DNA of 64,000 nucleotides from Bugula neritina. Taxonomy: Eukaryota > Animalia > Bryozoa. The notes below the pieces were generated by a model. It was not told the origin of the DNA, made no database searches, and saw only the letters and a program-made list of their open reading frames with translations. Of the stretch, positions 12,001 to 28,500 are shown in pieces (positions within the stretch are counted from its first letter, which is position 1; every line of letters starts with the position of its first letter). Made by a program: the position numbers and the translations under genes. The DNA lies in contig CAXIUT010000230.1 in the NCBI GenBank assembly GCA_964035545.1, positions 1,426,001 through 1,490,000 of the forward strand, read 5' to 3'.

Positions 12001-14669
12001 ACTGTAACATATCGAATTACACTGCAACATACTGCAACATACTGAAATATACTGCAACATACTGCAACATACTGAAACATACTGCAACATACTGAAATAT
12101 ACTGCGACATACTGAAGTACACTATAGCATATTGAAATATACTGCAACATACTGAATTACACCCTAACATACTGAAACATGCTGTAGCATACTGAAATAC
12201 ACTGCAACACACTGAAGTATACTGTAATACACTGAAATGTAATGCAACATACTGAGTTATACTGCAACATAGTGCAACATACTGAAATACACCACAACAT
12301 ACTGCAACATACTGAAACCCAATGGAACATATTGAAATACACTGCGACACTCTGAAATATACTGCAACACACTGAAACATACGGCAACATACCGAAATAA
12401 ACTGCGACACGTTGAAAATTACTGCAACATACTGAAATATACTGCAAGTGGTGCAACATACTAAAATACACTATGACACACTGAAATACACTGCAACATA
12501 CTGCAACATACTGAAATATACTGCGTCGCATTAAAATACACTGCAACATACTGAAATATACTGCAACATACTGAAATGTAGTGTAATATACAGAAATACA
12601 CTGTAACATACTGAAATATACTGCCACTTAGTGCATTATCTTGACTTACACTTGAACATAAAAAAATACACTGCAACACATTGAAATATACTGCGACATA
12701 CCGAAATGAATGGTAAACTAGTGAAATATACTGTAACATAATGAAACATACCGGAACATACTGCACCTTTATAAAATGTACTGCAACACACTGAAATACA
12801 CTGCAAGATACTGAAATACACTATAACACACTGAAATACACTGCAACATACTGAAGTACACTGAAATACACTGTAACATATTGAAATACATTGCAAAACA
12901 TCGAAATATACTGTATAATACTGAAACCCATGCAACATACTGAAATACGCTGCAACATACTAAAATATACTGCAACATACTGCAACATCCTAAAATACAC
13001 TGTAACATACTGAAATACACCACAACATACTGCAACATACTGAAATACACTGGAACATATTGAATTACACTGCGACACATTGAAATACACTGCAACATAC
13101 TGAAATATACTGCAAGATACTGCAACATACTGAAACAGACTGTGACATACTGAAATACACTGCAACGTACTGCAAGATACTGCAACATACTGAAATACAC
13201 TGGAACATATTGATATACACTGCAACACATTGAAATATACTGCAACACACTGAAACATACGGCAATATACCGAAATACACGGCGACACCCTGAAAAATAC
13301 TGTAAATACTGAAATATACTGTAAGTGGTGCAACATACTGAAATACACTGTGACACACTGAAATACACTGCAACACACTGCAACATACTGAAATACAATG
13401 TAACATATTGAAACACTCTGCAACATACTGCAATATACTGAAATACACTGGAACATATTGGATTACACTGCAACACATTGAAATGTACTGCAACACACTG
13501 AAACATACGGCAACATACTGAGATATACTGCGACGCCTAAAAATATACTGCAATATACTGAAATATAATGCAACATACTGAAATATACTGTAACATAAAG
13601 AAATATGCGGTAGCACACTGAAATACACTGCAACCAATGAAGTATACTATAATATACTGAAATGTACTGCAACATGCCGAAATATACTGCAACGCATTGA
13701 ATTACACTGTGACATATTGAAATATACCACAACATACTGAAGTGTAGTGTAATATGCAGAAATGTACTGTAACATACTGATGTATACTGTAACACACTGA
13801 AATATAGTCTAACATACCGAAATACACTGTAACATACTGAAATATACTGCAACATACTGCAACATACTGAATTACACTTGAACATAATGAAATACACTGC
13901 AACACATTGAAATATACTGCAACATATCGAAATGAATGGTAAACTAGTGAAATATACTGTAACATAATGAAACATACCGGAACATACTGCAAAATAACAA
14001 AACATATTGCAACACATTGAAATATACGGCAACATACCGAGATATACTGCGACACGTTGAAAAATACTGCAACATACTGAAATATATTGCAAGTGGTGCA
14101 ACATACTGAAATAAACTGTGACACACTGAAATACACTGCAACATACTGCAACATACTGAAATATACTGCAACACATTAAAATATACTGCAACATACTGCA
14201 ACATACTGCAACATACTGAAATACACTGAAATATATCGAAATACACTGCAACATACTGCAACATACTGAAATACACTGGAACATAATGGAATACACTGCA
14301 ACACATTGAAATATACTGCGACACACTGAAACATAAGGTAACACAATGAAGTATACTGCGACACATTAAATTAAACTGCAACACACTGAAATATACTGCA
14401 ACAGACTGAAATATACTCTAACATACCGAAATACACTGTAACATACTCAAATATACTGCAACATACTGCAACATACTGAAGTACACTTGAACGTAATGAA
14501 ATACACTGCAACCCATTGATATATACTGCAACATATCGAAATGAATGGTAAACTAGTGAAATAGAGTGTAACATAATGAAACATACCGGAACATACTGCA
14601 ACATAATAAAATATAGTGTAACACACTGAAATAAGCGGCAACATACCGAAATACATTGCAACACCTTGA
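9045..14669 (+). repeat. Higher-order block copy 2 (5625 bp), lacking 3419 bp relative to copy 1
   Basis: The offset to copy 1 is 9044 until about 11795, then 5625 (6255..6785 to 11880..12410; 8746..9219 to 14371..14844). The junction joins the equivalents of about 2751 and about 6170. Confidence 0.88.
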
Positions 14670-17600
14670 AAAATACTGCAACATACTTAAACATACGGCA
14701 ACATACTGAAATATACTGCAACATACTGAAATACACTCTAACATATTGAAATATGCTGTAGCATACTGAAATACACTGCCACACACTGAAGTATACTGTA
14801 ATATACAGAAATGTACTGTAACATACTGAAACATACGGCAACATACTGAAATGTACTGCAACATACTGAAATATACTCTAAGTGGTGCAACATACTGAAA
14901 TACACTGTGACACACTGAAATACACTGCAACACACTTCAACATACTGCAACATACTGAAATACACTGTAACATATTGAAATACACTGCAACATACTGCAA
15001 CATACTGAACAACACTGGAACATATTGGAATACACTGCAACACATTGAAATATACTGCAACACACTGAAACATACGGCAACATACTGAAATACACTGCAA
15101 AATACTGCAACATACTAAAATACACTGTAACATACTGAAATACATTGCAACACATTAAAATATACTGCAACATACTGAAACATACTGCAACAAACTGAAA
15201 TACACTGCAACATAGTGAAAACCACCATAACATTTTGAAATATACTACAACATACTGAATTACTCTCTAACATACTGAAATATGCTGTAGCATACTGAAA
15301 TACACTGCAACATACTGAAGTATACTGCAATATACTGAAATGTACTGCAACATACTGAATTATACTGTAACATACTGAAATGTAATGCAACATACTGATA
15401 TATACTGCAACATACTGCAACATACTGAAATACACAGTTACATATTGAAATAGACTGCGACACATAGAAATATACTGCAACATACTGAAATATACTGCAA
15501 TATACTGCAACATACTGAAATAGACTGTGACATACTGAAATACACTGCACAATACTGCAAGAAACTGCAACATACTGAAATACACTGTAACATATTCAAA
15601 TACACTGCATCATACTGCAACATACTCACATACACTGGAACATATTCATATACACTGCAACACATTGAAATATACTGCAACACACGGAACCATTCGGCAA
15701 CATACCGAAATACACTGCGACACAGTGAAAAACACGTCAACATACTGAAATATACTGCAAATGATGCACGTACTGAAATACAATGTGACACACTGAAATA
15801 CACTGCAACATACTGCAACATACTGAAATACACTGTAACATATTGAAATACACTGCATGATACTGCAACATACTGAAATACACTGGAACATATTGATATA
15901 CACTGCAACACATTGAAATCTTCTGTAACATATTGAAACATACCGGAACATACTGCAACGTAATAAAATATAGTGTAACACACTGAAATATACGGCAACA
16001 TACCGAAATATACTGCAAGTGGTGCAACATACTGAAATACACTGTGACACTCTGAAATACACTGCAACATAATGCAACATACTGTACCATACTGAAAGAC
16101 ACTGTAACATATCGAATTGCACTGCAACATACTGCAACATACTGAAATATACTGCAACATACTGCAACATACTGAAATACACTGCAACATACTGAATTAC
16201 ATTGCAACACATTAAAATATACTGCAACATACTGAAACATACTGCAACATACTGAAATATACTGCAACATACTGAAATACACTATAACATATTGAAATAT
16301 ACTGCAACATACTGAATTACACTGTAACATACTGAAATATGCTATAGCTTACTGAAATACACTGCAACACACTGAAGTATACTGTAATACACTGAAATGT
16401 AATGCAACATACTGAATTATACTGCAACATAGTGCAACATAGTGAAATACACCACAACATACTGCAACATACTGAAATACACTGGAACATTTTGAAATAC
16501 ACTGCGACACATTGAAATACACTGCAACATACTGAATTATACTGCAAGATACTGCAACATACTGAATCAGACTGTGACATACTGAAGTACACTGCAACAT
16601 ACTGCAAGATACTGCAACATAATGAAATACACTGTAACATACTGAAATACATTGCAACACAGTAAAATATACTGCAACACACTGAAACATACGGCAATAT
16701 ACCGAAATACACTGCGACACCATGAAAAATACTGTAAATACTGAAATCTACTGTAAGTGGTGCAACATACTGAAATACACTGGAACATATTGAAATACAC
16801 TGCGGCAAATTGAATTATACTGCAACACACTGAAGTATACTGTAATACACTGAAAAATAATGCAACATGCTGAATTATACTGCAACATACTGCAACATAC
16901 TGAAATACACTGTAACACACTGAAATATACTGCCGCTTACTGCATTATCTTGAATTACACTTGAACATAAAAAAATACACTGCAACACATTGAAATATAC
17001 TGCGACATACCGAAATGAATGGTAAACTAGTGAAATATACTGTAACATAATGAAACATACCGGAACATACTGCACCTTTATAAAATGTACTGCAACACAC
17101 TGAAATATACTGCAAGATACTGAAATATACTGTAACATACTGAAACACATGCAACATACTGAAATACGCTGCAACATACTGAAATATACTGCAAGATACT
17201 GCAACATACTGAAATACACTATAACACACTGAAATACACTGCAACATACTGAAGTACACTGAAATACACTGTAACATATTGGAATACATTGCAAAACATC
17301 GAAATATACTGTATAATACTGAAACCCATGCAACATACTGAAATACGCTGCAACATACTAAAATATACTGCAACATACTGCAACATCCTAAAATACACTG
17401 TAACATACTGAAATACACCACAACATACTGCAACATACTGAAATACACTGGAACATATTGAATTACACTGCGACACATTGAAATACACTGCAACATACTG
17501 AAATATACTGCAAGATACTGCAAAATACTGAAATACACTGTAACATATTGAAATACTCTGCAACATACTGCGACATACTGAAATAAACTGGAACATATTG

Positions 17601-20600
17601 GAATACACTGCAACACATTGAAATATACTGCAACACACCGAAACATACGGCAACATACTGAGATATACTGCGACGCCTTAAAATATACTGCAACATACTG
17701 AAATATAATGCAACATACTGCAACATAATAAAATACACTGTAACATACTGAAATACATTGCAACACCTTAAAATATACTGCAACATGCTGAAACATACTG
17801 CAACAAACTGAAATACACTGCAACATACTAAAAAACACTATAACATATTGAAATATACTGCAACATACTGAATTACTCTCTAACATACTGAAATACACTG
17901 TAACATACTCAAATATACTGCAACATACTGCAACATACTGAAGTACACTTGAACGTAATGAAATACACTGCAACCCATTGATATATACTGCAACATTTCG
18001 AAATGAATGGTAAACTAGTGAAATAGAGTGTAACATAATGAAACATACCGGAACATACTGCAACATAATAAAATATAGTGTAACACACCGAAACATGCGT
18101 CAACATACCGAAATATACTGCAACACCTTGAAAAATACTGCAACATACTTAAACATACGGCAACATACTGAAATATACTGCAACATACTGAAATAGACTG
18201 TGACATACTGAAATACACTGCACAATACTGCAAGAAACTGCAACATACTGAAATACACTGTAACATATTCAAATACACTGCATCATACTGCAACATACTC
18301 ACATACACTGGAACATATTCATATACACTGCAACACATTGAAATATACTGCAACATACTTAAACATACTGCAACATACAACCTACTGAAATATTTTGCAA
18401 CATACTGAAATACATTATAACATATTGAAATATACTGCAACATACTGAAATACACTATAACATATTGAAATATGCTGTAGCATACTGAAATACACTGCCA
18501 CACACTGAAGTATACTGTAATATACAGAAATGTACTGTAACATACTGAAACATACGGCAACATACTGAAATGTACTGCAACATACTGAAATATACTCTAA
18601 GTGGTGCAACATACTGAAATACACTGTGACACACTGAAATACACTGCAACACACTGCAACATACTGCAACATACTGAAATACACTGTAACATATTGAAAT
18701 ACACTGCAACATACTGCAACATACTAAAATACACTGTAACATACTGAAATACATTGCAACACATTAAAATATACTGCAACATACTGAAACGTACTGCAAC
18801 AAACTGAAATACACTGCAACATAGTGAAAACCACTATAACATTTTGAAATATACTACAACATACTGAATTACTCTCTAACATACTGAAATATGCTGTAGC
18901 ATACTGAAATACACTGCAACATACTGAAGTATACTGCAATATACTGAAATGTACTGCAACATACTGAATTATACTGTAACATACTGAAATGTAATGCAAC
19001 ATACTGATATATACTGCAACATACTGCAACATACTGAAATACACAGTTACATATTGAAATACACTGCGACACATAGAAATATACTGCAACATACTGAAAT
19101 ATACTGCAAGATACTGCAACATACTGAAATAGACTGTGACATACTGAAATACACTGCACAATACTGCAAGAAACTGCAACATACTGAAATACACTGTAAC
19201 ATATTCAAATACACTGCATCATACTGCAACATACTCACATACACTGGAACATATTCATATACACTGCAACACATTGAAATATACTGCAACACACGGAACC
19301 ATTCGGCAACATACCGAAATACACTGCGACAAAGTGAAAAATATGGCAACATACTGAAATATACTGCAAATGATGCACGTACTGAAATACAATGTGACAC
19401 ACTGAAATACACTGCAACATACTGCAACATACTGAAATACACTGTAACATATGGAAATACACTGCATGATACTGCAACATACTGAAATACACTGGAACAT
19501 ATTGATATACACTGCAACACATTGAAATATTCTGTAACATAATGAAACATACCGGAACATACTGCAACGTAATAAAATATAGTGTAACACGTTGAAAAAT
19601 ACTGCAACATACTGAAATATACTGCAAGTGGTGCAACATACTGAAATACACTGTGACACCCTGAAATACACTGCAACATAATGCAACATACTGTACCATA
19701 CTGAAAGACACTGTAACATATCGAATTACACTGCAACATACTGCAACATACTGAAATATACTGCAACATACTGCAACATACTGAAATACACTGCAACATA
19801 CTGAATTACATTGCAACACATTATAATATACTGCAACATACTGAAACATACTGCAACATACTGAAATATACTGCAACATACTGAAATACACTATAACATA
19901 TTGAAATATACTGCAACATACTGAATTACACTCTAACATACTGAAATATGCTGAAGCATACTAAAATACACTGCAACACACTGAAGTATACTGTAATACA
20001 CTGAAATGTAATGCAACATACTGAATTTTACTGCAACATAGTGCAACATAGTGAAATACACCACAACATACTGCAACATACTGAAATACACTAGAACATT
20101 TTGAATTACACTGCGAAACATTGAAATACACTGCAACATACTGAATTATACTGCAAGATACTGCAACATACTGAATCAGACTGTGACATACTGAAGTACA
20201 CTGCAACATACTGCAAGATACTGCAACATAATGAAATACACTGTAACATACTGAAATACATTGCAACACAGTGAAATATACTGCAACACACTGAAACATA
20301 CGGCAATATACCGAAATACACTGCGACACCATGAAGAATACTGTAAATACTGAAATCTACTGTAAGTGGTGCAACATACTGAAATACACTGGAACATATT
20401 GAAATACACTGCGGCACATTGAATTATACTGCAACACACTGAAGTATACTGTAATACACTGAAATATAATGCAACATGCTGAATTATACTGCAACATACT
20501 GCAACATACTGAAATACACTGTAACATACTGAAATATACTGCAACACACTGAAACATACGGCAACATACTGAGATATACTGCGACGCCTTAAAATATACT

Positions 20601-22585
20601 GACATACTGAAATATAATGCAACATACTGCAACATACTAAAATACACTGTAACATACTGAAATACACTGCAACATCTTAAAAAATACTGCAACATACTTA
20701 AACATACGGCATCATACTGAAATACAATGCAACATACTGCAACATACTGAAATACACTGTAACATATTGAAATACACTGCATAATACTGCAACATACTGA
20801 AATACACTGGAACATATTGATATACACTGCAACACATTGAAATATTCTGTAGCATAATGAAACATACCGGAACATACTGCACCTTAATAAAATGTACTGT
20901 AACACACTGAAATATACTGCAAGATACTGAAATATACTGTAACATACTGAAACCCATGCAACATACTGAAATACACTGCAACATACTGCAACATACTGAA
21001 ATACACTGTAACATATCGAATTACACTGCAACATACTGCAACATACTGAAATATACTGCAACATACTGCAACATACTGAAACATACTGCAACATACTGAA
21101 ATATACTGCAACATACTGAAGTACACTATAGCATATTGAAATATACTGCAACATACTGAATTACACCCTAACATACTGAAACATGCTGTAGCATACTGAA
21201 ATACACTGCAACACACTGAAGTATACTGTAATACACTGAAATGTAATGCAACATACTGAGTTATACTGCAACATAGTGCAACATACTGAAATACACCACA
21301 ACATACTGCAACATACTGAAACCCAATGGAACATATTGAAATACACTGCGACACTCTGAAATATACTGCAACACACTGAAACATACGGCAACATACCGAA
21401 ATAAACTGCGACACGTTGAAAATTACTGCAACATACTGAAATATACTGCAAGTGGTGCAACATACTAAAATACACTATGACACACTGAAATACACTGCAA
21501 CATACTGCAACATACTGAAATATACTGCGTCGCATTAAAATACACTGCAACATACTGAAATATACTGCAACATACTGAAATGTAGTGTAATATACAGAAA
21601 TACACTGTAACATACTGAAATATACTGCCACTTACTGCATTATCTTGACTTACACTTGAACATAAAAAAATACACTGCAACACATTGAAATATACTGCGA
21701 CATACCGAAATGAATGGTAAACTAGTGAAATATACTGTAACATAATGAAACATACCGGAACATACTGCACCTTTATAAAATGTACTGCAACACACTGAAA
21801 TACACTGCAAGATACTGAAATACACTATAACACACTGAAATACACTGCAACATACTGAAGTACACTGAAATACACTGTAACATATTGAAATACATTGCAA
21901 AACATCGAAATATACTGTATAATACTGAAACCCATGCAACATACTGAAATACGCTGCAACATACTAAAATATACTGCAACATACTGCAACATCCTAAAAT
22001 ACACTGTAACATACTGAAATACACCACAACATACTGCAACATACTGAAATACACTGGAACATATTGAATTACACTGCGACACATTGAAATACACTGCAAC
22101 ATACTGAAATATACTGCAAGATACTGCAACATACTGAAACAGACTGTGACATACTGAAATACACTGCAACGTACTGCAAGATACTGCAACATACTGAAAT
22201 ACACTGGAACATATTGATATACACTGCAACACATTGAAATATACTGCAACACACTGAAACATACGGCAATATACCGAAATACACGGCGACACCCTGAAAA
22301 ATACTGTAAATACTGAAATATACTGTAAGTGGTGCAACATACTGAAATACACTGTGACACACTGAAATACACTGCAACACACTGCAACATACTGAAATAC
22401 AATGTAACATATTGAAACACTCTGCAACATACTGCAATATACTGAAATACACTGGAACATATTGGATTACACTGCAACACATTGAAATGTACTGCAACAC
22501 ACTGAAACAAACGGCAACATACTGAGATATACTGCGACGCCTAAAAATATACTGCAATATACTGAAATATAATGCAACATACTGC
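14670..22585 (+). repeat. Higher-order block copy 3 (full-length type, with a 40-bp deletion near 16016); departs from copy 1 at about 22585
   Basis: The offset to copy 1 is 14669 (69 to 14738), then 14629 (2590 to 17219; 5547 to 20176; 7144 to 21773). Confidence 0.88.
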
Positions 22586-25500
22586 AACACACTAAAATAC
22601 ACTGTAACATACTGAAATACATTGCAACACATTAAAATATACTGCAACATACTGAAACATACTGCAACAAACTGAAATACACTGCAACATACTGTAAAAC
22701 ACTATAACATAATGAAATATACTGCAACATACTGAATTACTCTCTATCATACTGAAATATGCTGTAGCATACTGAAGTATACTGCAATATACTGAAATGT
22801 ACTGCAACATTCTGAACTATACTGCAACATACTGCAATATACTGAAATACACTGTAACATAAAGAAATATGCTGTAGCACACTGAAATACGCTGCAACAC
22901 ACTGAAGTATACTATAATATACTGAAATGTACTGCAACATACCGAAATATACTGCAACGCATTGAATTACACTGTGACATATTGAAATATACCACAACAT
23001 ACTGAAATGTAGTGTAACCTGCAGAAATGTACTGTAACATACTGAAATATACTGTAACACACTGAAATATACTCTTACATACCGAAATACACTGTAACAT
23101 ACTGAAATATACTGCAAGTGGTGCAACATACTGAAATACACTGTGACACACTGAAATACACTGCAACATACTGCAACATACTGAAATATACTGCGACGCA
23201 TTAAAATATACTGCAACATACTGATATATACTGCAGCATACTGAAATGTAGTGTAATATACAGAAATACACTGTAGCATACTGAAATATACTGCAACATA
23301 CTGCATTATCCTGAATTACACTTGAACATAATGGAATACACTGCAACACATTGAAATATACTGCGACATACCGAAATGAATGGTAAACTAGAGAAATATA
23401 CTGTAACATATTGAAACATACCGGAACATACTGCAACATAACAAAATATATTGCAACACATTGAAATATACGGCAACATACCGAAATATACCGCGACACG
23501 TTGAAAAATACTGCAACATACTGAAATATACTGGAACATACTGCAACATACTAAAATATACTGCAACATACTGAAACATACTGCAACATACTGAAATATA
23601 CTGCAACTTACTGAAATACACTATAACATGTTGAAATACACTGCAACATAATTAATTACACTCTAAGATGCTGAAGTATGCTGTAGCATACTGAAATACA
23701 CTGCAACGCACTGAAGTATACTGTAATACACTGGAATGTAACGCAACATGCTTAATTATACTGCAACATACTGCAACATACTGAAATACACTACACATAC
23801 TGCAACATACTGAAATACACAGGAACATATTGAAATACACTGCGACACATTGAAATATACTGCAACATACTGAAATATACTGCAAGATACTGCAACATAC
23901 TGAAATAGACTGTGACATACTGAAATACACTGCAACATAGTGCAAGAAACTGCAACATACTGAAATACACTGTAACATATTGAAATACACTGCATCATAC
24001 TGCAACATACTGACATACACTGGAACATATTGATATACACTGCAACATATTGAAATATACTGCAACACACTGCAACATGCTGAATTACACTTGAACATGA
24101 TGAAATACACTGCAAAACATTGAAATATACTGCAACATATCGAAATGAATGGTAAACTAGTGAAATATACAGTAACATAATGAAACATACCGGAACATAC
24201 TGCAACATAACAAAATATAGTGCAACACATTGAAATATACGGCAACATACCGAAATATACTGCGACACGTTGAAAAATACTGCAACATACTGAAATATAC
24301 TGCAAGTGGTGCAACATACTGAAATACACTGTGACACACTGAAATACATTGAAACATAATGCAACATACTGCAACATCCTGAAATACACTGTAACATATC
24401 GAAATACAGTGCAACATACTGCAACATACTGCAAGATACTGAAATACACTGTAACATATCGAAACACACTGCAACATACTGCAACATACTGAAATACACT
24501 GGAACATAATGGAATACACTGCAACACATTGAAATATACTGCAACACACTGAAACATAAGGCAACATGATGAAATATACTGCGACACATTAAATTAAACT
24601 GCAACACACTGAAATATACTGCAACAGACTGAAATATACTCTAACATACCGAAATACACTGTAACATACTCAAATATACTGCAACATACTGCAACATACT
24701 GAAGTACACTTGAACGTAATGAAATACACTGCAACCCATTGATATATACTGCAACATTTCGAAATGAATGGTAAACTAGTGAAATAGAGTGTAACATAAT
24801 GAAACATACCGGAACATACTGCAACATAATAAAATATAGTGTAACACACCGAAACATGCGTCAACATACCGAAATATACTGCAACACCTTGAAAAATACT
24901 GCAACATACTTAAACATACGGCAACATACTGAAATATACTGCAACATACTGAAATACACTCTAACATATTGAAATATGCTGTAGCATACTGAAATACACT
25001 GCCACACACTGAAGTATACTGTAATATACAGAAATGTACTGTAACATACTGAAACATACGGCAACATACTGAAATGTACTGCAACATACTGAAAAATACT
25101 CTAAGTGGTGCAACATACTGAAATACACTGTGACACACTGAAATACACCGCAACACACTGCAACATACTGCAACATACTGAAATACACTGTAACATATTG
25201 AAATACACTGCAACATACTGCAACATACTGAACAACACTGGAACATATTGGAATACACTGCAACACATTGAAATATACTGCAACACACTGAAACATACGG
25301 CAACATACTGAAATACACTGCAAAATACTGCAACATACTAAAATACACTGTAACATACTGAAACATACTGCAACATACTGAAATATACTGTAATACACTG
25401 AAATGTAATGCAACATACTGAATTATACTGCAACATAGTGCAACATACTGAAATACACCACAACATACTGCAACATACTGAAACCCAATGGAACATATTG

Positions 25501-28500
25501 AAATACACTGCGACACTCTGAAATATACTGCAACACACTGAAACATACGGCAACATACCGAAATAAACTGCGACACGTTGAAAATTACTGCAACATACTG
25601 AAATATACTGCAAGTGGTGCAACATACTGAAATACACTATGACACACTGAAATACACTGCAACATACTGCAACATACTGAAATATACTGCGTCGCACTAA
25701 AATACACTGCAACATACTGAAATATACTGCAACATACTGAAATGTAGTGTAATATACAGAAATACACTCTAACATACTGAAATATACTGCCACTTACTGC
25801 ATTATCTTGACTTACACTTGAACATAAAAAAATACACTGCAACACATTGAAATATACTGCGACATACCGAAATGAATGGTAAACTAGTGAAATATACTGT
25901 AACATAATGAAACATACCGGAACATACTGCACCTTTATAAAATGTACTGCAACACACTGAAATACACTGCAAGATACTGAAATACACTATAACACACTGA
26001 AATCCACTGCAACATACTGAAGTACACTGAAATACACTGTAACATATTGAAATACATTGCAAAACATCGAAATATACTGTATAATACCGAAACCCATGCA
26101 ACATACTGAAATACGCTGCAACATACTAAAATATACTGCAACATACTGCAACATCCTAAAATACACTGTAACATACTGAAATACACCACAACATACTGCA
26201 ACATACTGAAATACACTGGAACATATTGAATTACACTGCGACACATTGAAATACACTGCAACATACTGAAATATACTGCAAGATACTGCAACATACTGAA
26301 ACAGACTGTGACATACTGAAATACACTGCAACGTACTGTAAGATACTGCAACATACTGAAATACACTGGAACATATTGATATACACTGCAACACATTGAA
26401 ATATACTGCAACACACTGAAACATACGGCAATATACCGAAATACACTGCGACACCCTGAAAAATACTGTAAATACTGAAATATACTGTAAGTGGTGCAAC
26501 ATACTGAAATACACTGTGACACACTGAAATACACTGCAACACACTGCAACATACTGAAATACAATGTAACATATTGAAACACTCTGCAACATACTGCAAT
26601 ATACTAAAATACACTGGAACATATTGGATTACACTGCAACACATTGAAATGTACTGCAACACACTGAAACATACGGCAACATACTGAGATATACTGCGAC
26701 GCCTAAAAATATACTGCAATATACTGAAATATAATGCAACATACTGCAACACACTAAAATACACTGTAACATACTGAAATACATTGCAACACATTAAAAT
26801 ATACTGCAACCTACTGAAACATACTGCAACAAACTGAAATACACTGCAACATACTGTAAAACACTATAACATAATGAAATATACTGCAACATACTGAATT
26901 ACTCTCTATCATACTGAAATATGCTGTAGCATACTGAAGTATACTGCAATATACTGAAATGTACTGCAACATTCTGAACTATACTGCAACATACTGCAAT
27001 ATACTGAAATACACTGTAACATAAAGAAATATGCTGTAGCACACTGAAATACGCTGCAACACACTGAAGTATACTATAATATACTGAAATGTACTGCAAC
27101 ATACCGAAATATACTGCAACGCATTGAATTACACTGTGACATATTGAAATATACCACAACATACTGAAATGTAGTGTAACCTGCAGAAATGTACTGTAAC
27201 ATACTGAAATATACTGTAACACACTGAAATATACTCTTACATACCGAAATACACTGTAACATACTGAAATATACTGCAAGTGGTGCAACATACTGAAATA
27301 CACTGTGACACACTGAAATACACTGCAACATACTGCAACATACTGAAATATACTGCGACGCATTAAAATATACTGCAACATACTGATATATACTGCAGCA
27401 TACTGAAATGTAGTGTAATATACAGAAATACACTGTAGCATACTGAAATATACTGCAACATACTGCATTATCCTGAATTACACTTGAACATAATGGAATA
27501 CACTGCAACACATTGAAATATACTGCGACATACCGAAATGAATGGTAAACTAGAGAAATATACTGTAACATATTGAAACATACCGGAACATACTGCAACA
27601 TAACAAAATATATTGCAACACATTGAAATATACGGCAACATACCGAAATATACCGCGACACGTTGAAAAATACTGCAACATACTGAAATATACTGGAACA
27701 TACTGCAACATATTAAAATATACTGCAACATACTGAAACATACGGCAACATACTGAAATATACTGCAACTTACTGAAATACACTATAACATGTTGAAATA
27801 CACTGCAACATAATTAATTACACTCTAAGATGCTGAAGTATGCTGTAGCATACTGAAATACACTGCAACGCACTGAAGTATACTGTAATACACTGGAATG
27901 TAACGCAACATGCTTAATTATACTGCAACATACTGCAACATACTGAAATACACTACACATACTGCAACATACTGAAATACACAGGAACATATTGAAATAC
28001 ACTGCGACACATTGAAATATACTGCAACATACTGAAATATACTGCAAGATACTGCAACATACTGAAATAGACTGTGACATACTGAAATACACTGCAACAT
28101 AGTGCAAGAAACTGCAACATACTGAAATACACTGTAACATATTGAAATACACTGCATCATACTGCAACATACTGACATACACTGGAACATATTGATATAC
28201 ACTGCAACACATTGAAATATACTGCAACACACTGCAACATGCTGAATTACACTTGAACATGATGAAATACACTGCAAAACATTGAAATATACTGCAACAT
28301 ATCGAAATGAATGGTAAACTAGTGAAATATACAGTAACATAATGAAACATACCGGAACATACTGCAACATAACAAAATATAGTGCAACACATTGAAATAT
28401 ACGGCAACATACCGAAATATACTGCGACACGTTGAAAAATACTGCAACATACTGAAATATACTGCAAGTGGTGCAACATACTGAAATACACTGTGACACA

